DNA from: Deltaproteobacteria bacterium
Lineage (GTDB): Bacteria > SAR324 > NAC60-12
Length of the DNA stretch: 64,000 bases
NCBI GenBank assembly: GCA_038150265.1
Contig: JAYOTF010000002.1
Coordinates: forward strand, 1-64,000
Direction of reading: 5' to 3'
Both the position numbers and the translations under genes were made by a program. Below are positions 9,592-19,935 of the stretch, piece by piece. Each line of letters begins with the position of its first letter. Position 1 is the stretch's first letter. The notes under the pieces were generated by a model that did no database searches, had not been told where the DNA came from, and was given only the letters and a program-made list of their open reading frames with translations.

Positions 9592-9748
9592 GGAAGGCTT
9601 GAACAGAGGAAGGAATTTGAGTTGTTAAGGAGCTAGCATAAACAAGGGGATTGAGAGAACTCAAGCTGCTCTTGCCTCTTTTGCAAAAACACGATTACCC
9701 TAAGGATGTTCGAAAAAATCAATCTCAGCGATAACCCTTAAAATCAGC

Positions 9749-11005
9749 ATGCCCAGACTCTTTTTATTTGCCGTGGCGCTCCTGACCCTGGTGGGGTGCA
9801 CCCCGAAGCTTGCCGAGTTCGAGGTGCAGCGTCCTGCTCGGCTTTCGGTACCACGCGAGGTGCAGAAGGTTTTCATTCGCCAGGACCTTGTGGAGGCCAC
9901 CAACGACCGGCTGGGCCTCAAGGGCCAGGTGCTTCAGGCATTGGCGCAGCAACTCAACGAGCTGGGGCGCTTCCGGGTGCAGGTCGTGGACACGCTGCAG
10001 GAAGACGCCTTTGACCCGAATACCGAGACCATCGCCGTCATTCAGGGGGAGGTGGTCAGTGGCAGTGAGCTGGATACCGGACAGTTCACCGACATCGCCA
10101 CCTGCACCCGCGGCATTGCCGGACGGGCCTCCACCCTGGTCGCCGCTGCTTCCGCCAGCGAGGTGGTGACAGCCGACCAGCTGGTTGGCTTCTGCCGGCG
10201 CGGAGACGTCAAGAGCGACCTCGTCGAGGGCGCGCTGGGCATGGCACTCATGCAGGCTGGAGCCGGAGGGCTGCCTCCAAAGAACCAGGTGGTGCGGGTG
10301 TACGACTACCGCAACGTGACCCTCTTTGCGCAGGTCAACTTCAGCTTCACCCTGCTGGGAAATCAGCGGGAGACGCTGGCCTTTCGTGCAGATGCAGCAA
10401 GTTACGGGCGCCAGGTGGTGGACCCGAAAAGCTTCCGGCATGTGAAGGAAACCCACCTGATTTCACTGACACTGGGACAGCTGGTGGCCAATATGGGCGC
10501 TCCGGTGTTCCCGAATCCGGACCCACTGGCCTCTGACTCAAATCCCCGGCAGGTGTTCTACAGCAGCCCCTTGCTTCCGGAACCTGGACCCAGCGACTTA
10601 CCCGGCAGCGAGCGGAACCAGCTGGTCAAGACCCTCATTGATCGCTCGCTGGAATCCTTCATTCAGACGGTCTCGCCTTACAAGGTGACAGTGCAGGCAG
10701 AAGTGGGCTCTGGCGGAAACGCGCGGGCGGCTGAGTTGCTGCAGTCCGGACGTCCTCTGGAGGCCCGCAAGGTGCTCGAAGGCATCCGAGCGGGAAGCCG
10801 GGAGGCCGCCGACTGGTACCACCTGGGGCTGGCGTATGAAGCCAGCGCGGTGACCCTTGAAGATTATGAAGACGCCCGCCGGTTTCACCTGTCGGCACTG
10901 GAACAGGAATCCGGAAACGCCCTCTACGCCCGTGGGGTGGGGCGGACGGAACGTGTGCTTCAAGAAGCCCGGCGCCTGCAACAACAACTCTTGGACCGTC
11001 AATGA
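9749..11005 (+). CDS. Lipoprotein with C-terminal TPR, paralog 1
   Basis: Lipobox LVGC; VQRPA after the Cys; TPR ADWYHLGLAYEA. Confidence 0.75.
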   Translation: MPRLFLFAVALLTLVGCTPKLAEFEVQRPARLSVPREVQKVFIRQDLVEATNDRLGLKGQVLQALAQQLNELGRFRVQVVDTLQEDAFDPNTETIAVIQGEVVSGSELDTGQFTDIATCTRGIAGRASTLVAAASASEVVTADQLVGFCRRGDVKSDLVEGALGMALMQAGAGGLPPKNQVVRVYDYRNVTLFAQVNFSFTLLGNQRETLAFRADAASYGRQVVDPKSFRHVKETHLISLTLGQLVANMGAPVFPNPDPLASDSNPRQVFYSSPLLPEPGPSDLPGSERNQLVKTLIDRSLESFIQTVSPYKVTVQAEVGSGGNARAAELLQSGRPLEARKVLEGIRAGSREAADWYHLGLAYEASAVTLEDYEDARRFHLSALEQESGNALYARGVGRTERVLQEARRLQQQLLDRQ

Positions 11006-12141
11006 CCATGAACTCTCGCTTTGCCCTGGGGCTCCTGGGAGCGGGCCTGTTGCTGCTCTCCGGATGCGCAACCGCTCGCTTAACGGTCCAGAACCCTGCT
11101 GAAATTGATACCACTGCCATCCGGACCGTTGCGGTGGGACACTTTGAGGTGGAGCGGCTGGAAAGCCGGGTGACCACCGAACGGAACGGCAACTGGAACT
11201 CCCTTCCCCGCCGCTTCACCCCTGAACAAACAGCTGCCATCAGCCGGGCTGTTCGGGCTCGGGTGATCAACCTGCTGACAGAGACGCCTTACTTCCAGGT
11301 AGTCTTTACCGATGAATTTGCCGCCTTGGAAAATGACGCGGCCCTGCAGCAGCTGATTTCTGCAGAAGGCTACACCACTCAGGGCGTGGATGCCGTGCTC
11401 AGCGGCAAGGTCTGGGTTGAGGTGGACCGCTTCGATGGGGTGGACCTGTCGAAGGAAGCCCTCACCTACTTCCGTCCACCCAATCGGCAAGGCCGCGGAG
11501 GCCAGAACCTGACGGTCGAGGAAGTCATTTGGTGGCCGTACAAAGCCGTCCGCGGCTCCATGGCCCTGGAACTGAAAATGACCCGCTTGGCTCCCACTCG
11601 TGTGGTTGCCACCACCCTCGACTCCCGAACCTACGGGCACCGCATTGGAGGCTCGCCTTCTGGTGCTCTGGAAGGCCTGACGGGTTCCATGGCCGCGTTG
11701 ACGGCGGGGCAGGCGTCTGATGAGGCGGGGCTTCCGACGGAGATCCTCCCAAGCTTTGACCAACTCATTGCCGACCTCTCTTCATCGATTGCCGCCCAGT
11801 TTGTCAAACGAGTGGCAGTGACGGAGCGGACGCTGAACCTGACGCTGGATGCCTCCGGAGATGAAACGGCGCGGGTGCTGATGCAGGCCCAGGCCTGGAA
11901 TGCCGCGATTGAACGCCTTCAGCAAGTGACGGCCTCGGCTCCGGAGCCTGCCGACCTCTACCACCTTGGGCTCAGCTTTGAAGCCATCGGCGACTACGGC
12001 CTGGCTCGTGGATCGTACCTGCAAGCGTGGCGGGCGAGTCCGGAAAACCTCACCTACGCCCAGGCCTTGGGGCGACTGGAGCGCCTGCAACGGGAGTTCC
12101 CTCAGCTTCGCAAACAACTTCAATCCCGTGAAACCCAATGA
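11002..12141 (+). CDS. Lipoprotein with C-terminal TPR, paralog 2
   Basis: Lipobox LSGC; VQNPA; TPR ADLYHLGLSFEA; ATGA overlap with the upstream gene. Confidence 0.75.
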   Translation: MTMNSRFALGLLGAGLLLLSGCATARLTVQNPAEIDTTAIRTVAVGHFEVERLESRVTTERNGNWNSLPRRFTPEQTAAISRAVRARVINLLTETPYFQVVFTDEFAALENDAALQQLISAEGYTTQGVDAVLSGKVWVEVDRFDGVDLSKEALTYFRPPNRQGRGGQNLTVEEVIWWPYKAVRGSMALELKMTRLAPTRVVATTLDSRTYGHRIGGSPSGALEGLTGSMAALTAGQASDEAGLPTEILPSFDQLIADLSSSIAAQFVKRVAVTERTLNLTLDASGDETARVLMQAQAWNAAIERLQQVTASAPEPADLYHLGLSFEAIGDYGLARGSYLQAWRASPENLTYAQALGRLERLQREFPQLRKQLQSRETQ

Positions 12142-13334
12142 CGCGTTTGGCTTCCCCTTCTTTGCTACTGGCCTTGAGCCTGTGGCTGGTTTCCTGTGCT
12201 CCGCCGGTGACCTTTCAGGTGCAACGTCCTGCAGAGCTTTCGGTGCAACCCGAGATCGAGTACCTGGCGGTGGGCGCCTTTCAAACAGCGGGCGGATCCA
12301 TCTCCACCAATGACCTGCCCCCGCTCCAGTCGTCCCTGTTTGGGACCACGACGCTGAAACCGACTGCGCCGACGCTTCAGGGGTTCCAGGCGACCCCGGA
12401 GACCGGAGCGGCCATTCAGGAACTCGTCCGGGCCGCTGTGGTGCATCAGCTCTCCCTGCATTCGCCCTATCAGCTCATCAACACCTCTGGAGAGGCAAAG
12501 GGCTACACCGGTGCGGTTCCGGAGGCTGCCACCGTGGCGGTGCTGGAGGCCACGATTCGGTTTGCAGAAGAACGATACGAAGGAGCGGAAACGTATAACT
12601 TCCTGGCGATGATTCAAAACAAGGGAATCGGCCTGGAGCAGCAGTTGCTTGCCTCTGCCGGAAGCGCGGTTGTGGAGTCAACGGGGGCAGGGAAGAAGCT
12701 CCCGGCGCCTTATGTGGAGCATCTGGCTGCCCTGGAGGTGGAGTTTCGGCTGGTGCGGCTCAGCAATGGCGAAGAGCTGGCGAAGAGCGCTCCGGTACGG
12801 GCGTTTTATGCCGGAAAGTGGGGCGGCCAAAGCGACACCTCGCACCTTCCGGGAGCAACGGCGCTGCGCATCCGACAGGCCTTCCAGCAAGATGAAGCGC
12901 TGGGCAGTCAGCTTCAGGAAGGCGCGGCTCGCGCTCAACTGGCGGCGCAGGACCCGGCTGAGTACCTGGCGCGGGGATACCACCTGAAGCAGAACACTCG
13001 GGTTCCGCTCAGTACGCTGGACATTCGGGCACGGGTGGCTGAGCAGGTTGCGGTTGCGTATGCCCGCAAGATCAGCCCGTATGAAGAGACGGCCTCGCTC
13101 GAGGTTCAGGAGGGAGATGCGGCGGCGGCCACGTTGATTCGGGGCAACGCCTACGAAGAGGCCATCGCCCGCATTCAGTCGCTTCCGGAGCAAACGGCCG
13201 CTGATTCCTACAACCTGGGGTTGGCCTATGAGGCCAGTGGCCAGGCGCAGCTGGCGCGGCAGGCCTACCAGCAAGCCGATCAGGCGGATCCGGGAAATTC
13301 ACTCTATCAACAGGCGCTTCAACGAGTACGCTGA
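12138..13334 (+). CDS. Lipoprotein with C-terminal TPR, paralog 3
   Basis: Lipobox LVSC; VQRPA; TPR ADSYNLGLAYEA; ATGA overlap with the upstream gene. Confidence 0.75.
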   Translation: MTRLASPSLLLALSLWLVSCAPPVTFQVQRPAELSVQPEIEYLAVGAFQTAGGSISTNDLPPLQSSLFGTTTLKPTAPTLQGFQATPETGAAIQELVRAAVVHQLSLHSPYQLINTSGEAKGYTGAVPEAATVAVLEATIRFAEERYEGAETYNFLAMIQNKGIGLEQQLLASAGSAVVESTGAGKKLPAPYVEHLAALEVEFRLVRLSNGEELAKSAPVRAFYAGKWGGQSDTSHLPGATALRIRQAFQQDEALGSQLQEGAARAQLAAQDPAEYLARGYHLKQNTRVPLSTLDIRARVAEQVAVAYARKISPYEETASLEVQEGDAAAATLIRGNAYEEAIARIQSLPEQTAADSYNLGLAYEASGQAQLARQAYQQADQADPGNSLYQQALQRVR

Positions 13335-13381
13335 GGCAGGCAGGAGAAGGGACGGCTGCCCGTCCCTTCTGAAGGAGGCAA

Positions 13382-13870
13382 TCAGGCTTCTTGAGCCAGC
13401 ACTTGGTGAGGGTTGCTCTGCATGTCAAAGAAGGAACTCGGGATCTGCAGGGCCCGGGCGATGCGCTCCAGCGAGGCATCGGTCACCTCTGCCGCATGAG
13501 ATTCCCAGCTCTTGACCGTCTGGATGGCAAAGCCAAACTCGTAGGAAAACGCCTCAATCGACATGCCACGAAGCAGGCGGGCGTACTTGATGCGGTCTCC
13601 GATCCGGTTCAAGTCGAGGTTGCTGTCGAGGCCCATCTCCCGCACATCAATTCCCAACACCTTCGCAATTTCGCTGTACTTCGTCAGTTTCGGAGTGGAG
13701 TGCCCCGTTTCCCAGTTCTTCACTGCGGTCAGGGACACACTGAGCTTGCGAGCGAAGTCCTTCCGGGTCAGCCCCGCTTTTTCTCGCCATTGCACCATTT
13801 GAGCTCCAAACTCCGTTTGACTCTCAATGGCAGCTTCTTTATCAGTGGTGCGTTCTTCCATCGCACTCAT
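13382..13870 (-). CDS. XRE/Cro-family regulator with two tandem HTH domains
   Basis: REKAGLTRKDFARKLSVSLTAVKNWETG and RLLRGMSIEAFSYEFGFAIQTVKSWES. Confidence 0.85.
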   Translation of the reverse strand: MSAMEERTTDKEAAIESQTEFGAQMVQWREKAGLTRKDFARKLSVSLTAVKNWETGHSTPKLTKYSEIAKVLGIDVREMGLDSNLDLNRIGDRIKYARLLRGMSIEAFSYEFGFAIQTVKSWESHAAEVTDASLERIARALQIPSSFFDMQSNPHQVLAQEA

Positions 13871-14038
13871 AGCAACGTTCTCCAGTTTGTTTTTAATGAG
13901 ATTCTGTCGGTGGTTCCGAATTTTTTCGTAAGAAACAAGTTTGAATCTTCACACAATTTATGCCCGCTTGTCAACCCCCAACGCGGGAGAGTCGCAATTG
14001 CCCCGCTTCGCCGATGAACCACGGGTGACGTTTTTGAC

Positions 14039-14103
14039 ATTGCTAAAACCTATTAGAACTAAGAAATTACCGATTGGACTCAATCAAAAAGGGCCGGTAA
14101 AAT
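14039..14103 (+). promoter_or_regulatory. Putative dps promoter with an OxyR/LysR-like box
   Basis: ATTG-N7-CTAT (14039-14053) and CGAT (14071-14074) abut TGGACT-N17-TAAAAT (14075-14103). Confidence 0.5.
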
Positions 14104-14143
14104 GAATTCATCGCTTAATTGATCAACGCAAAAGAGAGGTGTT

Positions 14144-14650
14144 ATGGAAAACGGAATGACTCCCAACCTGGGCATTTCCAATGAAGCCCGAGCAGAGATT
14201 GCACAGGGGCTGGCACACTTGCTGGCCGACAGTTACGTGCTGTACCTGAAGACCCACGGCTTTCACTGGAACGTGACGGGGCCGATGTTCAACACGCTGC
14301 ATCAGATGTTCATGGATCAGTACACGGAGCAGTGGACGGCGCTGGACCTGATTGCCGAGCGGATTCGCTCGCTTGGCTATGCGGCTCCTTCGAGTTACGC
14401 GGACTTCAGCCGCCTGGCGAGTATTCGGGAAGAGCCCGGTGTGCCGGTCGCCACCGAGATGGTGAAGCAGCTGGTGGAAGGGCAGGAAGCCGTCGCTCGG
14501 ACGGCTCGAACGCTGATGCCGGTGGTTCAGGAAGCCGGTGACGACCCCACGGCTGACCTGCTGACTCAGCGCCTGCAGGTCCATGAGAAAACCGCGTGGA
14601 TGCTGCGCAGCCTCCTGCAGGAGACGGCAGACACGCTTCCGGGACTGTAG
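14144..14650 (+). CDS. dps: DNA protection during starvation protein Dps
   Basis: [41 protein letters not shown]. Confidence 0.96.
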   Translation: MENGMTPNLGISNEARAEIAQGLAHLLADSYVLYLKTHGFHWNVTGPMFNTLHQMFMDQYTEQWTALDLIAERIRSLGYAAPSSYADFSRLASIREEPGVPVATEMVKQLVEGQEAVARTARTLMPVVQEAGDDPTADLLTQRLQVHEKTAWMLRSLLQETADTLPGL

Positions 14651-14657
14651 CGAGCAA

Positions 14658-14673
14658 GGGGCCTTGTGGCCCC
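14658..14673. terminator. Short hairpin between convergent dps and clpB
   Basis: GGGGCC-TTGT-GGCCCC; no clear U-tract. Confidence 0.35.
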
Positions 14674-14679
14674 AGCGAC

Positions 14680-17289
14680 TCAGGAGTGGGCAAAGTGCAG
14701 CTCACTCTTTCCCGCCTGAACCTCCACCCGCTGTCCATCCCGAATCGTCCCCTTGAGCAGCTCACGCGCCAGAGGCGTCTCCAGCTCCTTCTGGATGGCT
14801 CGCTTGAGCGGCCGCGCCCCATAGGTGGGGTCGTAGCCGGTTTCAATGAGGAAATCAATGGCTTCCTCAGTCAGGCTCAGCTCAATGCGGCGCTCTTCCA
14901 GACGTTTCCCCAAGCGCTGCAGCTGAATCTGAATGATGTCCCGCATGTGCTGACGCCGGAGCGGGTGGAAGACAATGGTGTCATCAATCCGGTTGAGGAA
15001 CTCCGGACGAAAGTGTTGCTTGAGCGCTTCCTGAACGGCAAACTTCTGCTGCGTCAGTTTCACAAAGTCCTCCTCCTCGGTGTCGCCTGCACCGAGCTGC
15101 GTGAGCTGTTGGCTGCCCAGGTTGGAGGTCATCAGCACCAGGGTGTTCCGGAAGTCCACGGTTCGGCCTTGAGAGTCGGTCAGGCGCCCGTCGTCAAGAA
15201 TCTGCAGCAGGGTGTTGAACACATCCGGATGCGCCTTCTCGATCTCGTCAAAAAGCACCACGCTGTAGGGGCGACGCCGGACGGCCTCGGTCAGCTGCCC
15301 GCCTTCATCGTAACCGACGTATCCGGGAGGGGCTCCGATGAGTCGGGAAACGGCGTGCTTCTCCATGTACTCCGACATATCCAGGCGGGTCATCGCCTGC
15401 TCATCGTCAAACAGGAACTCGGCCAGCGCGCGTGCCAGCTCGGTTTTTCCGACACCAGTGGGGCCGAGGAAGATGAAGCTGCCCAGTGGCCGGTTGGGGT
15501 CATTGATGCCGGAACGGGCGCGCTGCACGGCATCTGAGACGGCCTGAATGGCCTCTTCTTGTCCCACCACGCGGCGGTGCAGGTGTTCCGGAAGCTGAAT
15601 GAGCTTCTCGTTCTCGCCTTCGAGCATCTTGGAAACCGGAATGCCCGTCCATCGGGCCACGATTTCGGCAATGTCTTCCGAGTCGACTTCCTCCTTGAGG
15701 AGCCGGTTTTTGGGCTCATCGTTTTCGCGGGCCTGCGCCTCTTCCAGCTTGAGGCGGAGTTCCGGAAGGACGCCATACTCAAGCCGAGCCGCCTCTTCCA
15801 GGTTGTAGGCTCGCTTCGCCTGCTCCATCTGGGTGTTGGTCTCATCAATCTGCTGCTTGAGGTCTGCCACCGCATTCAGTCCCGACTTCTCCTGCTCCCA
15901 CTGGGCGCTCATCGCATTGAACTGCTCACGGAGGTCTGCCAACTCCCGGCCCAGTTTTTCAAGCCGCTCCCGAGAGGCCGGGTCGGTTTCTTTCTTGAGC
16001 GCAGCCTGCTCAATCTCGAGCTGCAGGATCCGCCGAGAGCTTTCATCCATCTCTGCCGGCATGGAGTTGATCTCCACGCGCAGGCGTGCGGCGGCTTCGT
16101 CCATCAGGTCAATCGCCTTGTCCGGAAGGAAGCGGTCGGTGATGTAGCGGTTGGAGAGCGTTGCGGCCGAGATGAGCGCATTGTCCTTGATGCGGACGCC
16201 GTGGTGGATCTCGTACCGTTCCTTCAGCCCCCGGAGGATGGAGATGGTGTCTTCCACATTGGGCTGATCCACCAGCACCTGCTGGAAGCGGCGCTCCAGG
16301 GCCGGGTCCTTTTCGATGTGCTTGCGGTACTCGTCCAGCGTCGTGGCGCCAATGCAGTGCAGCTCCCCGCGAGCCAGCATGGGCTTGAGCAGGTTTCCGG
16401 CATCCATCGCCCCATCGACCTTGCCGGCTCCGACCACGGTGTGCAGCTCGTCAATGAAGAGGATGATGTGCCCCTCGGACTGCTGAACCTCCTTGAGGAC
16501 CGCCTTGAGGCGCTCTTCAAACTCTCCCCGGAACTTGGCCCCGGCCACCAGGGCCCCCATGTCGAGGGAAACCAGCCGCTTGTCCTTGAGGCTGTCCGGG
16601 ACATCGTTGCGGGCAATCCGCTGGGCCAGCCCCTCGGCGATGGCCGTCTTGCCGACACCGGGCTCACCGATGAGGACCGGGTTGTTCTTGGTCCGGCGGG
16701 AGAGCACCTGGATGACGCGACGGATCTCATCATCTCGTCCGATCACCGGGTCGAGCTTTCCGGAGCGGGCGCGCTCCGTGAGATCCGATCCGAACTTTTC
16801 CAGCGCCTCATACGTCTCTTCCGGATTCTGGCTCGTCACCCGTTGGCCCCCCCGGACTTCCTTGAGGGCCGCTTCCAGCTCCTTGCGGACGACTCCGGAC
16901 TCTGCCAACAGCTTGCCGGCCGGGGCCTTCTTCTCTTCAGTCAGCGCCAGCAGCAGGTGCTCCACGCTGACGAATTCGTCTCCGAGCTTCTTCATCTCAT
17001 CTTCCGCCCGGACCAGCACCTGGTTGAAGTCTCCGCTGGCGGCGACGCGTCCGGCAGAGCTTCCGGAAAAGGAGGGAAGCTGTTCAAGTTGCTGCTGCAG
17101 GCGCAACTGCACGTCCTGTGGATCGGTGCCCTGCCGCTCCAGCAGTCGAGGCACCAACCCCTTGTCCTGGGTCATCAGGGCCTGCAACAGGTGAATTCCC
17201 GTCATCTCCGGGTGCTGACGGCGAACGGCTTCCGAGTGAGCCGCCTCAATGGCCGCAATCGATTTTTGAGTTAATTTTTGCGCGTTCAT
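14680..17289 (-). CDS. clpB: Chaperone ClpB
   Basis: Two AAA+ modules ([17 protein letters not shown]), long coiled-coil M domain, [10 protein letters not shown]. Confidence 0.98.
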   Translation of the reverse strand: MNAQKLTQKSIAAIEAAHSEAVRRQHPEMTGIHLLQALMTQDKGLVPRLLERQGTDPQDVQLRLQQQLEQLPSFSGSSAGRVAASGDFNQVLVRAEDEMKKLGDEFVSVEHLLLALTEEKKAPAGKLLAESGVVRKELEAALKEVRGGQRVTSQNPEETYEALEKFGSDLTERARSGKLDPVIGRDDEIRRVIQVLSRRTKNNPVLIGEPGVGKTAIAEGLAQRIARNDVPDSLKDKRLVSLDMGALVAGAKFRGEFEERLKAVLKEVQQSEGHIILFIDELHTVVGAGKVDGAMDAGNLLKPMLARGELHCIGATTLDEYRKHIEKDPALERRFQQVLVDQPNVEDTISILRGLKERYEIHHGVRIKDNALISAATLSNRYITDRFLPDKAIDLMDEAAARLRVEINSMPAEMDESSRRILQLEIEQAALKKETDPASRERLEKLGRELADLREQFNAMSAQWEQEKSGLNAVADLKQQIDETNTQMEQAKRAYNLEEAARLEYGVLPELRLKLEEAQARENDEPKNRLLKEEVDSEDIAEIVARWTGIPVSKMLEGENEKLIQLPEHLHRRVVGQEEAIQAVSDAVQRARSGINDPNRPLGSFIFLGPTGVGKTELARALAEFLFDDEQAMTRLDMSEYMEKHAVSRLIGAPPGYVGYDEGGQLTEAVRRRPYSVVLFDEIEKAHPDVFNTLLQILDDGRLTDSQGRTVDFRNTLVLMTSNLGSQQLTQLGAGDTEEEDFVKLTQQKFAVQEALKQHFRPEFLNRIDDTIVFHPLRRQHMRDIIQIQLQRLGKRLEERRIELSLTEEAIDFLIETGYDPTYGARPLKRAIQKELETPLARELLKGTIRDGQRVEVQAGKSELHFAHS

Positions 17290-17342
17290 GGGGCCTCCTC
17301 CTGGCGCGTCAAGTGGGGATTCCGGCGGTCCGGAAAATCAAT

Positions 17343-17369
17343 TTAGCACTCACTTTATCAGAGTGCTAA
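17343..17369. promoter_or_regulatory. CIRCE element (HrcA operator)
   Basis: Exact TTAGCACTC-N9-GAGTGCTAA about 54 nt upstream of the clpB start. Confidence 0.95.
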
Positions 17370-17399
17370 CAAGAACGCAACGGGGGGAGGGGAGGAGGC

Positions 17400-18839
17400 T
17401 CAGGGTGCCTGGAGGAGTTGGGAGACCTGTTCCATATGCGTGGAGCGGGAGCCCTTGATGAGCACGACGTCTCCGGGCTGGATGGACTGACGGAGCTGGG
17501 TGGCGAGTTGCTGATGATCAGCGGCAATGCTGAAGGCTTCTGGTGCTCCGGAGCCTTCGCGCCAGCCCTCTTCATAGAATTCGGCACGCTCGTCAGCGAG
17601 GGTCCAGAAGGCCGACACCCCCCACGAGGCGGCAGCCTGAGCGACCTGACGGTGGAGCATGGGGGCCCACTCGCCGAGTTCGGCCATGGGGCCTGCGGCG
17701 AGGAGGAGCCGCTGGTGGGGGAACATCTGCCGGAGGCTGGAGATCATGCTCCGGAAGGAGTCGGGGTTGGCATTGTAGGAGTCGTCAATGAGCATCCATC
17801 CGTCTTGCTGGAGCTGCTGGAACCGGCCCGTGATGTTGAGCTGCAGGGCCTCGACGGCGTGTTGCAGGTCCGGAAGCGCCACTCCTTTGGCAGCCAGAAG
17901 GGTCAGGCTGGCCACGAGGTTCCGGAGGTGCAAGGGGTTGTGGAGGGGGGCCTGAAACGCGACCCCCTGCCACTGAAACTGCACGCCGTCCGGAGTCCAT
18001 TCGATGGCGGTCAAGGTCGAGTCCGGACCTTGCGGCTCGAGTGAATAGGGCAGCAGGGTGACTCCCGCGGTTTGCGCGGCCTGCTGGATCAGGCCCCGGT
18101 GCAGGAGGTCGTGAGGAATGACCACCGGCGACTCGGGCTTCATGCCACTGAAGAGTCCGGACTTCTCACGGGCCACGCCTTCCGTGCTGCCGAGAAACTC
18201 CAGGTGCGACTCTCCGATGTTGGTGAGGATGCCGCCGTCGGGTTGGGCCATCTGCGAGAGGGCTTCGATTTCTCCATGCTGATTGGTTCCCATTTCCAGC
18301 ACCCACCAATCGGCCTCCAGGGGGCCCGAGAGGATGGTCTTGGGAACACCAATGAGGTTGTTGTAGTTGACCTCGGTGGCATGCGACCGTGCGTCGAGGG
18401 AGCGGCAGAGGCTGGCAAGGATTTCCTTGGTAGAGGTCTTCCCGCTGCTGCCGGTGATGCCGAGGACGGTGCCCGTGAAGCGCTGGCGGAAGTCAGCTGC
18501 CCACTCGCGCAGAGCCCGGTTCGGGTCGGGAACCAGCAGGCGCGGAAACGGACGCTCGGCCAGCTCGGCGGGCAGGCGCAGCGGGTCGGCGATCACTCCG
18601 GCGGCTCCGGCCTCCAGGGCCGCCGCCATGTGGTCGTGTCCGTCCATGTGTTCCCCCTTGAGGCAGAGGAACCAGTCGCCGGGTTGGAGGGTCCGGGTAT
18701 CGGTGCTGTAGCGGGTGATGCGCAGGTCGTCAGAAGCGTGCTCGGAGGTGGCACCATGAATGATTTGCTTCATCTCAGCGAGGCTATATACTTTCTGTAT
18801 TGGATTCACTTTCACTACTAACGCATCAGGGTTTATCAT
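17400..18839 (-). CDS. murF: UDP-MurNAc-tripeptide--D-Ala-D-Ala ligase (start may be a downstream GTG)
   Basis: TDTR, DGHD, GITGSSGKTSTKE, NNLIGVP, LEMG, DDSYNANP, KGSRS. Confidence 0.95.
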   Translation of the reverse strand: MINPDALVVKVNPIQKVYSLAEMKQIIHGATSEHASDDLRITRYSTDTRTLQPGDWFLCLKGEHMDGHDHMAAALEAGAAGVIADPLRLPAELAERPFPRLLVPDPNRALREWAADFRQRFTGTVLGITGSSGKTSTKEILASLCRSLDARSHATEVNYNNLIGVPKTILSGPLEADWWVLEMGTNQHGEIEALSQMAQPDGGILTNIGESHLEFLGSTEGVAREKSGLFSGMKPESPVVIPHDLLHRGLIQQAAQTAGVTLLPYSLEPQGPDSTLTAIEWTPDGVQFQWQGVAFQAPLHNPLHLRNLVASLTLLAAKGVALPDLQHAVEALQLNITGRFQQLQQDGWMLIDDSYNANPDSFRSMISSLRQMFPHQRLLLAAGPMAELGEWAPMLHRQVAQAAASWGVSAFWTLADERAEFYEEGWREGSGAPEAFSIAADHQQLATQLRQSIQPGDVVLIKGSRSTHMEQVSQLLQAP

Positions 18840-19914
18840 GTCTTCGCTTCAGCAACAGTTTGAAGAAGCCTTCGGTCGCATTCAACTCGACGATGGAACG
18901 TCCTTGGGGAGTGCAAACATCGTGTACGGCTGTGTGGTCAACAACGACTTTGCCAAGGTCACACTGGTTCTCCCAGAGGGTTCGCCCTTGCGTCAATCGC
19001 TTCCGGCACGCGTCGAGGCGGAAATCACGCAGATTCCAGCCATCCAGCGGGTTGCCGTAGAGGTGCTGGCGGAACCGCCACAGGAAGAAGGAGCGGCGCC
19101 TCAAGCGGCTCCGCAGCGTCCGACTCAGCAGCCTCGGCGAACGGCCTACCTGCAAAACTACGACTGTGTGCTCGCAGTTGCCAGCGGAAAGGGGGGCGTG
19201 GGCAAATCCACCGTTTCCGTGAACCTCGCCCTGGCCCTTCAGCAAAAGGGCTTCCGGGTCAGTTTGTTTGATGCCGACATCTACGGTCCCAGCATGCCCA
19301 TCATGACCGGCATGCGGGGCATCAAGCCTCCGGTTCATGGCAACAAGCTGTACCCGATTGAAGCCCATGGCCTGACGATGATGTCCATTGGCAACCTGGT
19401 GGAGGAGGACTCTTCGGTGGTGTGGCGTGGACCCATGGTGCACTCCGCCATCGACCAACTGCTGCGGGACACCGAATGGCCCGGAGGAGAGTTCATGGTG
19501 ATTGACATGCCGCCCGGAACCGGCGATGCTCACCTCTCGTTGTCGCAGCTTTGCGAGCTGACCGGAGCCGTGGTCGTCTCGACTCCGCAGGATGTGGCGC
19601 TGCTGGATGCGGCCAAGGCGGTCAACATGTTCACGAAGGTGGACATCCCGATCCTGGGCATTGTGGAGAACATGAGCTTCTTTGCCTGCCCGAAGTGCGG
19701 TGAGGAGACCCCGATCTTCAACCGGCACGGGGCCGAACAGGCCAGCAAGGAATACGAGGTCCCGTTCCTGGGCGCCATCCCGATTGAGCTGGACGTTCGG
19801 GCCGGAGGAGATGCCGGGACGCCGCTGATGATGCAGAAGCGCGACACCCCGGCAACCCGCGCCTTCTCGCAGATTGCCGATAACCTGATCGCGTCTCTCG
19901 AAGACCTGGCCTGA
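18838..19914 (+). CDS. apbC: Mrp/ApbC Fe-S cluster carrier ATPase
   Basis: VASGKGGVGKST, DADIYGPS, WRGPM, DMPPGTGD, VENMS..CPKC. Confidence 0.95.
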   Translation: MSSLQQQFEEAFGRIQLDDGTSLGSANIVYGCVVNNDFAKVTLVLPEGSPLRQSLPARVEAEITQIPAIQRVAVEVLAEPPQEEGAAPQAAPQRPTQQPRRTAYLQNYDCVLAVASGKGGVGKSTVSVNLALALQQKGFRVSLFDADIYGPSMPIMTGMRGIKPPVHGNKLYPIEAHGLTMMSIGNLVEEDSSVVWRGPMVHSAIDQLLRDTEWPGGEFMVIDMPPGTGDAHLSLSQLCELTGAVVVSTPQDVALLDAAKAVNMFTKVDIPILGIVENMSFFACPKCGEETPIFNRHGAEQASKEYEVPFLGAIPIELDVRAGGDAGTPLMMQKRDTPATRAFSQIADNLIASLEDLA

Positions 19915-19935
19915 TCCTCAGAACACACGGAGCCC

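Noticed and set aside
13382..13870. XRE regulator as a prophage repressor
   Set aside because: No S24 peptidase domain and no phage genes nearby; flanks are chromosomal.
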